From: a virus | Taxonomy: Duplodnaviria > Caudoviricetes | IMG/VR virus record: IMGVR_UViG_3300011868_000001 | Coordinates: 96,001 to 160,000 of that record | DNA length: 64,000 bases | Strand: one strand, 5' to 3' | In this document: positions 46,432-55,099 of the stretch, in pieces | Layout: the number at the start of each line of letters is the position of its first letter | Numbering within the stretch: position 1 is the first letter of the stretch | Position numbers and translations under genes: made by a program | The notes under the pieces: model-generated | The model's input: the letters and a program-made list of their open reading frames with translations, nothing else | The model's database searches: none | Told to the model about the DNA's origin: nothing

Positions 46432-47256
46432 ATGGATCTTATCACAGTCGCCCTTGATAGGGTGAAGTTCGAAATCCCACCGGAGGTGTTGCGCTATACC
46501 TTCTCGCCAACCCGCTACGATCCTTCTAAGCAAGGGCTGGTGCGTGATTACAGCACGGGGGTCAGTAACGATACCGTCATTCGTCGGCAGGTCATTGAAG
46601 CCCGCGTGTTGGTGGACATCAACCTCTGTTCAGGGGTTGAGGTGTTCATTCCGCTGAACAACGTAGAATCAGAGCGTATCGACAACTGGACCTACGTCTA
46701 CCGTATCCCGAAAGAACTGACCCAAGGCCGCAGCATCACTGAAGTCTATGGTCTGAGTTACGGGCAGGGCCATACCTTAGGCGATGTTGGCGTGATCTCC
46801 GAAGACCGCTCCATGGCGCTCGAAGCGGCAGCCGGGCTGATGCAGTCGAATGTGGCATGGACTCAAGTCCAGACCTCCTACTGCACCCTGGTGGCAGACA
46901 ACACTGTCATGGTCACCAACATGAACCGCGTACCAGGCATTGCCTTCCTACGCTGCTTGGTCAGCCATGAGCCTAACCTGAGTAACATCCCGCTGGCCTA
47001 CGCCGACAAGTTCAGTGAACTGGTGATTCTGGCTACCAAGGCGCACATCTACACCCGGACGATCATCCAGCTGGATGAGGGTGCTATCCGTGGTGGTGCT
47101 TCTCTGGGTAGGATTCGTGAAGTGGTTGACTCGTACGCCGACGCCAACCAGATGTACCGTGAGTTCTTGCGGGATCAATGGCGTAAGGCAGGAATCATGG
47201 CAAACCGTGATCAGCATCGTCGCCTTATGCGCTATACTGTTGGGTCGAGACGGTGA
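46432..47256 (+). CDS. putative virion neck/adaptor protein (T4 gp13-like)
   Basis: True start MDLITV at 46432 with GAGG RBS; the upstream part of ORF 45337 is a phuZ shadow. C-terminal LATKAHIY...GAIRGGASLG resembles neck proteins. Confidence 0.6.
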   Translation: MDLITVALDRVKFEIPPEVLRYTFSPTRYDPSKQGLVRDYSTGVSNDTVIRRQVIEARVLVDINLCSGVEVFIPLNNVESERIDNWTYVYRIPKELTQGRSITEVYGLSYGQGHTLGDVGVISEDRSMALEAAAGLMQSNVAWTQVQTSYCTLVADNTVMVTNMNRVPGIAFLRCLVSHEPNLSNIPLAYADKFSELVILATKAHIYTRTIIQLDEGAIRGGASLGRIREVVDSYADANQMYREFLRDQWRKAGIMANRDQHRRLMRYTVGSRR

Positions 47257-47316
47257 AAAATAACAAAAAATAAAGGGATTCGAGAGGAGCCGGCCGGCTC
47301 CTCTCTATGCCGGCAG

Positions 47317-47655
47317 TCATACCACGTCGCATTCTGTCTCCTTACCTACCACAAAGAGTCCAGCCGAGATCACCGGCAGTAGCAGACCCGCTGCCAGTAA
47401 CCAGAAATGCCCAGCATAGGCCAGCAACCCATACAGCAGTGTTATCAGTAACCAGTTGATCAGGGCCACGACATTGAAGCGAAACAGCGTATGGCGAACC
47501 GACCAACGGATCAAGCCAGCAAAGTCCTTAACGCGCATCCCGTAAAGCTTGCGCATCAGAAAATACCAACCAGTCAATAGGATCGTACCGTAGACAGCCA
47601 ATGCCACTGCCATCAAGTCAGCCCAAAAAATGAGGTCTTCCATTTTACGAATCAT
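47317..47655 (-). CDS. membrane protein (three hydrophobic segments)
   Basis: Hydrophobic ORF of about 110 aa. Confidence 0.65.
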   Translation of the reverse strand: MIRKMEDLIFWADLMAVALAVYGTILLTGWYFLMRKLYGMRVKDFAGLIRWSVRHTLFRFNVVALINWLLITLLYGLLAYAGHFWLLAAGLLLPVISAGLFVVGKETECDVV

Positions 47656-47668
47656 TCCATTGAGTAAA

Positions 47669-47692
47669 GGCAGGGGTCAATTGACCCCTGCC
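47669..47692. terminator. hairpin terminator
   Basis: Palindrome GGCAGGGGTCAATTGACCCCTGCC. Confidence 0.6.
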
Positions 47693-47703
47693 GATGAGGG
47701 CCG

Positions 47704-47835
47704 TTATTCAACCGTTTTCTTGGTGATCTTCAGGCTGAACTCACCGTCTTTGCTCGACTTCTCGACAGTGTAGTTCTTCTTGAAGTAGTCGGTCAAAGCA
47801 CAACCGACTACGACACCGAGGAATACTCGCAGCAT
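47704..47835 (-). CDS. small membrane peptide, 43 aa, absent from ORF track
   Basis: MLRVFLGVVVGCALTDYFKKNYTVEKSSKDGEFSLKITKKTVE; AGGAG RBS. Confidence 0.75.
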   Translation of the reverse strand: MLRVFLGVVVGCALTDYFKKNYTVEKSSKDGEFSLKITKKTVE

Positions 47836-47840
47836 GTTAC

Positions 47841-47960
47841 TTACTCCTGTTCAGGGGTGGGGGTGGACGAAGCCTTGTCAGCTTCGCGTTGCGCCTTCTT
47901 CTTGTCCGTGTAGACAGTCAGGGCGATACCGATTACAACACCAATGAGAAAACGACCCAT
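47841..47960 (-). CDS. small membrane peptide, 39 aa, absent from ORF track
   Basis: MGRFLIGVVIGIALTVYTDKKKAQREADKASSTPTPEQE; AGGAG RBS. Confidence 0.75.
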   Translation of the reverse strand: MGRFLIGVVIGIALTVYTDKKKAQREADKASSTPTPEQE

Positions 47961-47998
47961 GGTTGAAACTCCTAGGTTATATTGCAGAGAGGTGGATA

Positions 47999-48391
47999 TC
48001 AGGCAGCTTGCTTAGCCTGCAGGTATCCGATGTTTACGGTTTCGAAGATGAACGCCAACAGGGCAGTTTCCTCTGGGCTGACCTGTTTGAGGGCCTCTTC
48101 CGTTTCCAGGTAGATTGCCCGGTACTCGGCATCGTCTTCGATCTGCGGATAGATGACGCCGTCACGCAGGACACTTCCTGCCAACATGGCTTCATCGTTA
48201 TCGCGCAGGGTTTTGACCACTTCGGCCAGGACATCCAGATCCAGCAGATCGTCGTTACGATACTGCTTAGTCAGGGTAGTCATCTCTTGGGTGCGGTCCA
48301 GTACCATCTGGGAGATGGTGTAACGCTGGGTGAAGTCAACAACGCTTTGGATCAGAGCGGCTTCGATGGTGGCGATAGTGGATACGGTCAT
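47999..48391 (-). CDS. hypothetical protein (putative early gene)
   Basis: 130 aa, AGGAG RBS, promoter motif upstream. Confidence 0.75.
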   Translation of the reverse strand: MTVSTIATIEAALIQSVVDFTQRYTISQMVLDRTQEMTTLTKQYRNDDLLDLDVLAEVVKTLRDNDEAMLAGSVLRDGVIYPQIEDDAEYRAIYLETEEALKQVSPEETALLAFIFETVNIGYLQAKQAA

Positions 48392-48446
48392 GGTAGTTCT
48401 CCTAAGAACGGGGTATGGTAGAAAGATTATTCTTCCTACTCACTGG

Positions 48447-48480
48447 TACTATGTATCGTTGAAAATATTTCGAATCGAAT
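48447..48480 (-). promoter_or_regulatory. putative early promoter
   Basis: Minus strand ATTCGATTCGAA-N13-TACATAGT. Confidence 0.7.
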
Positions 48481-48527
48481 TGACAGACAGCATAAGGGGA
48501 GGGCAGTTGCCCTCCCCATGTATTTAC

Positions 48528-48929
48528 TCAACGATACTCGTGATCGCCTTCGTCCAACCTGGCCAAGTGCTCTTCCAGCGAGACGATACCTTCATCCGTC
48601 TGGACCTTGACCTTACCTTCCTCAACGACCAACACCGGAATCTCTTCCGAAGCATCCTCAGGTCGGCCCTTGTAGTAATACAGGCTCTGTGGGATACGGC
48701 CGGTTACGATATCGCGCTCAGGAATCAGGCCATTGTTTCCAGCATCTTGCTCCTGTGAGACCACGGCTGTATGCCCCGGCATGAACAGGACATTACGTCC
48801 CGATTCAATAAACTGACCTGCGGCCTGCATGACGTTCTCATCCCAGTCGTTGACTACCAAGCCAACCACAGGTGCCTTAGGTTCTCCGACAGGGGAGAGG
48901 ATATCTTCCAACGATGCAAAAAGGTTCAT
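48528..48929 (-). CDS. hypothetical protein
   Basis: 133 aa with GAGG RBS. Confidence 0.7.
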   Translation of the reverse strand: MNLFASLEDILSPVGEPKAPVVGLVVNDWDENVMQAAGQFIESGRNVLFMPGHTAVVSQEQDAGNNGLIPERDIVTGRIPQSLYYYKGRPEDASEEIPVLVVEEGKVKVQTDEGIVSLEEHLARLDEGDHEYR

Positions 48930-49089
48930 GGTTTACTTCCTCGTAACCAAATGACAATAGGGCACATGGTGGATGTACTATAGGATTCCTGTCCGACAGC
49001 ATAATAGCCAGCACTAGGCTGGTCTTTTAAAGTTTTTTCTTACAGGATTGTTGTTATGGTGTGATACGTTTATCTGACCCCTTATATTT

Positions 49090-49302
49090 AGTGAGGCTAC
49101 GCCTCACAGAGAAGCTCGTGTTGTGCGTCTCTCCTCCGGTCGTTCCTCCCTCCAGATAGCCACCCAAACACGGCAAGTCTATCCCTTCCTATCCTTTCTT
49201 CCCTCACTCCCCCAGATTAATTCCTCACTTCGTTCGTCATTAATCTTGCCCCCTCGCTCCCTTCTTTCCTTTCCTTCCCAGAGCGGTGACAAGACTCGCA
49301 TA
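49090..49302 (-). ncRNA. candidate purine/GGA-rich small RNA or other non-coding element
   Basis: Polypyrimidine plus strand with internal inverted repeat AGATTAAT/ATTAATCT; flanked by hairpins and a TATG promoter-like site. Confidence 0.3.
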
Positions 49303-49373
49303 CTATACAGAGAACGGTTACAAAAAAATAAAGACAGGCTACCAGCCCCGAAGGGCGGTAGCCATTTATGCCG

Positions 49374-49808
49374 TCAGTTCATGCTGCCCAAGCGCCAATC
49401 CATCTTGTGGATCAGACGATGAACTTCTTCACCGTAATGGATCGACAGAGGGACAACCGCACTTACGTTGGCCTGTTCAAACGACAGTTCACCATGGACA
49501 TGACCACAGGCTGCATAGACCCGATAACGGATACCAGCATCAGCCAGCGCCATGTAGACATCCTCGCGCATCATCGAGATTTCATCAACGAACTGCTCGG
49601 CTGTGAGTGCGTTGAATCGTTCTTCATTGTACCCGTACAACAGACTCGATATGCTGCGGATCAAACTGCCTGCCTGACGACTTTGAGCGATGGCAATTTC
49701 TTCCGGCATGTCCTCAGGCTGTTGATACTTCGAGCACTCAGCAGCAATCGCCTTCATGGTGTTGATGCACTCGGAAGTGACTTCGATGGCGATAGGGTTA
49801 TTCATCAT
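49374..49808 (-). CDS. hypothetical protein
   Basis: 144 aa with AGGAG RBS. Confidence 0.75.
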   Translation of the reverse strand: MMNNPIAIEVTSECINTMKAIAAECSKYQQPEDMPEEIAIAQSRQAGSLIRSISSLLYGYNEERFNALTAEQFVDEISMMREDVYMALADAGIRYRVYAACGHVHGELSFEQANVSAVVPLSIHYGEEVHRLIHKMDWRLGSMN

Positions 49809-49910
49809 GGGGACTCCTAGGGCAAAAAAAAGATCCTCACCCGGTTGGCCGTTAAACGGCTAGGGGGAACCACGACCAACTAAGGGCATGGATGAGGATC
49901 TAATAATTAC

Positions 49911-50555
49911 TTAGACGGCTTTACCGCCCAGCTGAAAGGTGATGTAGAAGGTTGCTGCTTGCGGAATCAACGACTCAGGCTTGGACTCCTCATCTTTGAG
50001 TAAGCCAAAGCCTACCTCGTTGATGATGTCGAGCGTCCGCTTGTTGCGCAGATCCTTCATAGTAATGACTTCACCGAACCCTGCACGGATTTTGGTGACG
50101 TTCAGGCCGAGGGTAAGAAGCTCGCTGGCGCGGTCAAAATAGACTTCGACCCCGAACTTTTCCATGGCATCGAACTTCTGTTCCAGCGTGCCGGTTGCAT
50201 GAGCATCTGCCAGCTCGGCATAGATCAGCTCATAGGCCGGATGAACCTTGGCTTTCTCACGCCATTCGGCCTGAGTGATGCAACCATGGCTTTCATCGAC
50301 CAGGCAGTTCAGACGACTGGTCAGGGTACCTTTCAGCTCAGGTACCGGACGGATGGTGCTTTGACCGCGAATGACGCGAACCTTACTCAAGCCCAGCTGG
50401 GCATTTTCATCTTCAATCGCCATGAGGCTCTCCAAGACACTGAGGTCAATGTCGTGAGAATTGAAGTCCATGTGACTAAGGGTGCACAGTTCGCTCGGAT
50501 CGTTGAACAGGAAGTTACTGACCGGATGGTTTTCCAGGGTAGCTACATGCGACAT
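49911..50555 (-). CDS. hypothetical protein (putative early gene)
   Basis: 214 aa, AGGAG RBS, promoter motif upstream. Confidence 0.75.
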   Translation of the reverse strand: MSHVATLENHPVSNFLFNDPSELCTLSHMDFNSHDIDLSVLESLMAIEDENAQLGLSKVRVIRGQSTIRPVPELKGTLTSRLNCLVDESHGCITQAEWREKAKVHPAYELIYAELADAHATGTLEQKFDAMEKFGVEVYFDRASELLTLGLNVTKIRAGFGEVITMKDLRNKRTLDIINEVGFGLLKDEESKPESLIPQAATFYITFQLGGKAV

Positions 50556-50605
50556 TTTGACTCTCCTAAGTAAAGTCAGGTTACAGGTTGGGGTTTATTC
50601 AGCTC

Positions 50606-50638
50606 TATCATGTATCATTGTAATTATTTCGATTCGAT
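50606..50638 (-). promoter_or_regulatory. putative early promoter
   Basis: Minus strand ATCGAATCGAA-N13-TACATGAT. Confidence 0.65.
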
Positions 50639-50705
50639 AAATAACCGGGACTGTGCGTATCGCTATGATACGTACACCCCTACTGTCTCCAACAGGATAT
50701 TACTC

Positions 50706-51965
50706 ATGTCAGGCACAAACCCGACAGTGAAGTCCTTGTTCGATGCGGCTTGCAGCCATATCAACATTGACCGTAACTTCATTCGCCGCCTGCAGACCTA
50801 TCGCCAGAACTTTGCCAACAAAAACGACGATCACGTCGCATTCTTTGGCGGTCACCTGATGGGTGTGCAAGATGTACGCTTTACCAAGAGCGATCGTATC
50901 GAGTGGTTCACCTCGGTATTGGATATTGATGACGTCAGCTTGCAGAATGATCTACTGCAGCTAAAGACGCTTGTCCCCGATCCGAAGAAAGTGCGCTATG
51001 TTTCCACAGATGTCATGAACCTCTCGTGTCTGTGGCTGGTCCATGCGATTTACAATGCCAAGTTGACCGATAGCGAAAAGCACGCAGGCATGATCGATGC
51101 GCTGCTGGTACTACAATACAAGTTCATCACCTCGATCCTGTCGTACTGGTTCCCGAGCCGTGCCGATGAAGCGGTAGCAGTGGCCACCTATGCTCGTCTG
51201 CCGAAGAAGTACAAGCTCAAGGAATTGGGTAGCTGGGGCGCCTTGCTCCAATACCGTGCCGAAGCCTCTATCGACAAACGCTCGCCGCACTTTCTCAACA
51301 AGACCTTCCAGGATTTCGACGATGATTACGACATCATCTACATGGTCAACGATATCCAGGGCCGTATCAAGGGCTATTTGAGAAACATCCGCGACGAATT
51401 CGAAATCGTGCGCCGTGACCCCACTGCACTGATCAAAACCAATTCCAACACCACGGTCAATATGGACGGCGAAATCGTCGTCAAGACCCGGAAGAATCAG
51501 TACAGCACCTATCGTCGTTATCTGGATGACGTCATGGCCGACCGGAACAGTTTTATCATCAAGGAACTGACGGAGATTGTGGCCGGCTGCATGCCGAAGC
51601 TGCCTTACCGTAACATGGTCGATTGTTTGGAATACATGGCCAAACACTCATCCAAGCTCAAGGGTGATCCCAACGTCGTCAAGTTGGCAGACCTGACCCT
51701 TGAACACCTGTTTGACTTTATCGCCTCGAACCGCAACGCCATCAATGTCAAAGACTTGCCGACCCTGCTGACCAAGTTGCGCAATCTGTACACGGCCTCA
51801 CGGGCCAACAATGACTTGCTGCTGCAAATGCGCGACGTGGGTGAAGAAGTAGTCCGTAAAGCGGTAAAGACCAAGAACGCAGCGCTGGTCGCGTCTATCC
51901 GTACTGGTGCTATTCTGTATTTAGTGCTAAGAACAGTCACCATGAACCATTACAGGAAAGATTAA
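50706..51965 (+). CDS. conserved phiKZ-like protein, probably virion-associated
   Basis: 419 aa from MSGTNP with AGGA RBS; function not recognisable from motifs. Confidence 0.65.
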   Translation: MSGTNPTVKSLFDAACSHINIDRNFIRRLQTYRQNFANKNDDHVAFFGGHLMGVQDVRFTKSDRIEWFTSVLDIDDVSLQNDLLQLKTLVPDPKKVRYVSTDVMNLSCLWLVHAIYNAKLTDSEKHAGMIDALLVLQYKFITSILSYWFPSRADEAVAVATYARLPKKYKLKELGSWGALLQYRAEASIDKRSPHFLNKTFQDFDDDYDIIYMVNDIQGRIKGYLRNIRDEFEIVRRDPTALIKTNSNTTVNMDGEIVVKTRKNQYSTYRRYLDDVMADRNSFIIKELTEIVAGCMPKLPYRNMVDCLEYMAKHSSKLKGDPNVVKLADLTLEHLFDFIASNRNAINVKDLPTLLTKLRNLYTASRANNDLLLQMRDVGEEVVRKAVKTKNAALVASIRTGAILYLVLRTVTMNHYRKD

Positions 51966-52775
51966 ATGCCCCGTCCACAAAAAGCATATAGCCTCGATGA
52001 TCCAGCGATCGTCGAGGTTCGGGACATCTACACCCCTTATCGCCTCACCAATGCTCGTTGGAATGAGGTGGCCATCAAAGGGTGGTACCGCCCGACTACC
52101 CTGATGACCCACGAATACCGCCGGATGATACCACCCTACGCCCCTCATGAGCTTGGCTGGTTAACCTTGTCCGGTCAGCAATTGGGTTCGGAGATGATCC
52201 GGTTCCTTGATCTTGAACTGACAGCCTACAGGACCTTTAAGGCAGCCGCCTTCGACTGTGCACATCGACAACTGGATTGGGCTTTGGCGTTTGCCTCCCT
52301 GCCTAGCGATGAGCAGGATGCCGCCTTGTCGAACCGTCCTGTAAGCGCTGCAGAGCTTCTAGGTGAGCAGGCATTCAAACTCCTGGGGTTGGTCAGTCCC
52401 ATGAGCTTTGTAAGCCCACAGAGCCGCCATGGGGCCTTCTACCCGGTGATCAAGATGCCGGTGAACCCAGCCCCTGAAACATCGACCAAGCCGTTCCTGA
52501 TCGATTGCCATAAAGCCCAGGCACTCATCGAACGTGCCGATGCGTTTGACCGGTTTGCCGATCAGGTCGAGCAGGAGTTCTACAAGACGGAAGAGAAGCT
52601 TAAGCGTCTGACCTCAGCACGCAAGCTCAACCTCAAGCCCTTCTTACACAAAACAAAGTACTTCGACCCTGAACTGATCTCGGATGCCAACATCGCCTTG
52701 GCAGGTGGTCTGTTCTATCGCTCAAGGGCTTTGGCTGACTTCCTGCGTAAGATGGTCTACACCAACGTCATGTGA
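51966..52775 (+). CDS. hypothetical protein
   Basis: 269 aa abutting the previous stop. Confidence 0.75.
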   Translation: MPRPQKAYSLDDPAIVEVRDIYTPYRLTNARWNEVAIKGWYRPTTLMTHEYRRMIPPYAPHELGWLTLSGQQLGSEMIRFLDLELTAYRTFKAAAFDCAHRQLDWALAFASLPSDEQDAALSNRPVSAAELLGEQAFKLLGLVSPMSFVSPQSRHGAFYPVIKMPVNPAPETSTKPFLIDCHKAQALIERADAFDRFADQVEQEFYKTEEKLKRLTSARKLNLKPFLHKTKYFDPELISDANIALAGGLFYRSRALADFLRKMVYTNVM

Positions 52776-52777
52776 TG

Positions 52778-52817
52778 CAGCATAGAGGGAGGGCCGAAGC
52801 CCTCCCTCTATGCCGTC
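52778..52817. terminator. bidirectional hairpin with TATGCCG flank
   Basis: GCATAGAGGGAGGGC-CGAA-GCCCTCCCTCTATGC between convergent genes. Confidence 0.7.
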
Positions 52818-55040
52818 TTACCGCACCACCAGTTCACCACGATTACTTGAGTAGGTTCTGCGCTGGCGCTGCACCATCCCAAAGTTAATCGGGCGATCCA
52901 GTTCCAACTCCCTCCCTGGCCCAAGGTTACGACCAATGATTGCGCGCCGTTCCCGGTTGCTTTCTTTGATCTGGTCGATCGAGCCTGTCGCATCCATGTC
53001 AAACTCTTCACTGAGTTGTGACATCAGTACGTCCAGCTTATGCTGCAACTTGATGCGCTCGTAGGTATTGCGTTCCTGCCCTAACTGCTCCGACAGCTTG
53101 CCGATTTCATCCCGAATCCGCTGCTGTTGATCGTAACGACGCTGCTCGTCCCACGAGAGCTTGTGCTCGGCCTCGTACACCCGGCGTTTGACTTCACTCA
53201 GCGTGATACCGTAATGCTCAAGGTTCTTGCCGTACGTCAGGAACCAGTGACACAACAGCCAGCTGATGACATGGTCGTCATGACCTGAGGCATCGTGGTC
53301 AATTCGATTGTTGCGCTCAACTAGACGCGACAGCTCACTCTGAAGCTTGGAATCCCTGACCAGACTGCCTGACTTCTTGGCGGCCTCCTGTAGCACAGGA
53401 CCGTAGATGATCTGGCGCAGATCGCTGTTGGTTGGGAACCCGAAGAACTTCCGATACGACCGGTAGTTATCCCGATCACCGATGTACTCCTGGAACCGCT
53501 TGCGGTCCTGGGGCGATTCATCCTTGGCATCGACCAGCGTCGAGTAGATGCGCCGCGCCGGATCGATCTTGTACGTCGGTAGCGTCAGCAACATGGTATC
53601 CAGAATACCGATCCAGGTGGACTTCGATTCTGGTACCAGCGTCAGTTTAGGGAAACGTACCATGATCTTGACCAGCCACATGGCAAACACTGTCAGGTTC
53701 GAATCGTTCACAGTCCAGGCACCGACCACCTCAAGGGTACTGGTGTCGACGATCACTCCGGTGATGTTGTCTCGACCCACCGCGTTTGAGGTATCCATAC
53801 CCATGATCACTTCACGGTTAGGCAGTCCGGCCCTGACCTCAGCTTCTGAGACATACCAGCGAATCGAGTAATGATCCTGCTTATCGATTTCCAAATAAGC
53901 CGGTTTGACCACACTGGCATGGATCTTTCGCAGTGTGTCCTTAGACAATGGGTTACGGGCGTTACCCGAGGTCCATTCGTTCATGTAGTCGCGACGGACT
54001 TCATCACCGGTCTGACGCGATTCGGCGATCTTGGTCCGCAACCATGCATCGGTCTTACCCAACTGTTTATGGTTGAACGTACCGTTGATCAGAATCGCTT
54101 CTTTGTTACGACACTGTTTCCGCACCACGTCGTACAACTCTACTTGATCTTGACAGTCATAGAACTTATCGTTCCACTCCGCTCCACCTGTCATGAGGTC
54201 GTAGGCATACGCGCCTTCTGGCGTGTCCAATTCTCCAGCGGTTGTGGTGAAGATGTTACCGTAAGGCAGACCGTTACGCGCAGCTTCTTCACGGGCCGCA
54301 CCACCACCTGCGAGCATAACACCGAGGGAGATGTGCACGTTCTTCAAGAAGGCAATTTCGTCCGTGTGGCTGTGTGGGGTGGTCAGACCACGACCCAGAT
54401 TACGGGCGGCTTCTTCGTCCTTCTGCGGGATGTACACCACCATCCGGTTACCTTGGGAGTAGTTGGTGAACTCCTTCTGGTTGTCGGTGTCTTTCTTGGT
54501 GATGTTGACAAGGTACTTAGGCAGCAACCCCCGCAGCTTCTTCAAACGGGCGATGTGTTCTTTAAACAAGTCGCCTTTGGTAAACAGGTTAGACCGCGAG
54601 TTACGGGCGCCAAAGACCTGATACCACACCGAAATACCGTCGGAGTTCAGCGACTTACCGGTCTGACGAATCTGCACCAGAAAATAATCGATGTGGTTCA
54701 AGAAACTCCACCACAGCGAGATGTTACCCCGGTTCGCCTGTAGCTGCATGGGTGTATCACCGGCAGCCGGAGGTACACGCATGACTTCACGAATAAAGTA
54801 CCACGGGTTAAACGTGCACTCGATCTTGATCTTAAGTTTAAGTTCGTCCGAGAGCATGGGGTCAAATGGATCGACACCCTGCAAGTCCGGCTGCATCAGC
54901 GCCAGTGGGAACAGATGGTTCTGCACCCCCATGTGTTTTAGCAAGGCGGAAAATTCCAAGAACGAGGTGTTCTTAGTTTTGGTATCCCAGATAGCAGTTG
55001 GGTAGTTATCCCAGTCCTTCTGGAAGAGAATTGTTTGCAT
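52818..55040 (-). CDS. terL: terminase large subunit (phiKZ gp25-like)
   Basis: RQTGKS Walker A, HTDE Walker B, TTTAG, nuclease motifs GMDTS and HDDHVISW. Confidence 0.9.
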   Translation of the reverse strand: MQTILFQKDWDNYPTAIWDTKTKNTSFLEFSALLKHMGVQNHLFPLALMQPDLQGVDPFDPMLSDELKLKIKIECTFNPWYFIREVMRVPPAAGDTPMQLQANRGNISLWWSFLNHIDYFLVQIRQTGKSLNSDGISVWYQVFGARNSRSNLFTKGDLFKEHIARLKKLRGLLPKYLVNITKKDTDNQKEFTNYSQGNRMVVYIPQKDEEAARNLGRGLTTPHSHTDEIAFLKNVHISLGVMLAGGGAAREEAARNGLPYGNIFTTTAGELDTPEGAYAYDLMTGGAEWNDKFYDCQDQVELYDVVRKQCRNKEAILINGTFNHKQLGKTDAWLRTKIAESRQTGDEVRRDYMNEWTSGNARNPLSKDTLRKIHASVVKPAYLEIDKQDHYSIRWYVSEAEVRAGLPNREVIMGMDTSNAVGRDNITGVIVDTSTLEVVGAWTVNDSNLTVFAMWLVKIMVRFPKLTLVPESKSTWIGILDTMLLTLPTYKIDPARRIYSTLVDAKDESPQDRKRFQEYIGDRDNYRSYRKFFGFPTNSDLRQIIYGPVLQEAAKKSGSLVRDSKLQSELSRLVERNNRIDHDASGHDDHVISWLLCHWFLTYGKNLEHYGITLSEVKRRVYEAEHKLSWDEQRRYDQQQRIRDEIGKLSEQLGQERNTYERIKLQHKLDVLMSQLSEEFDMDATGSIDQIKESNRERRAIIGRNLGPGRELELDRPINFGMVQRQRRTYSSNRGELVVR

Positions 55041-55099
55041 GACGCCTCCAAATACCCAGGCCTGCCGAGGATTACCCTCGACAGACCCAAGTACATGAA

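Noticed and set aside
49123-49422. 99-aa S/L/P-rich ORF
   Set aside because: By-product of the pyrimidine tract; runs through a terminator and into the next gene.
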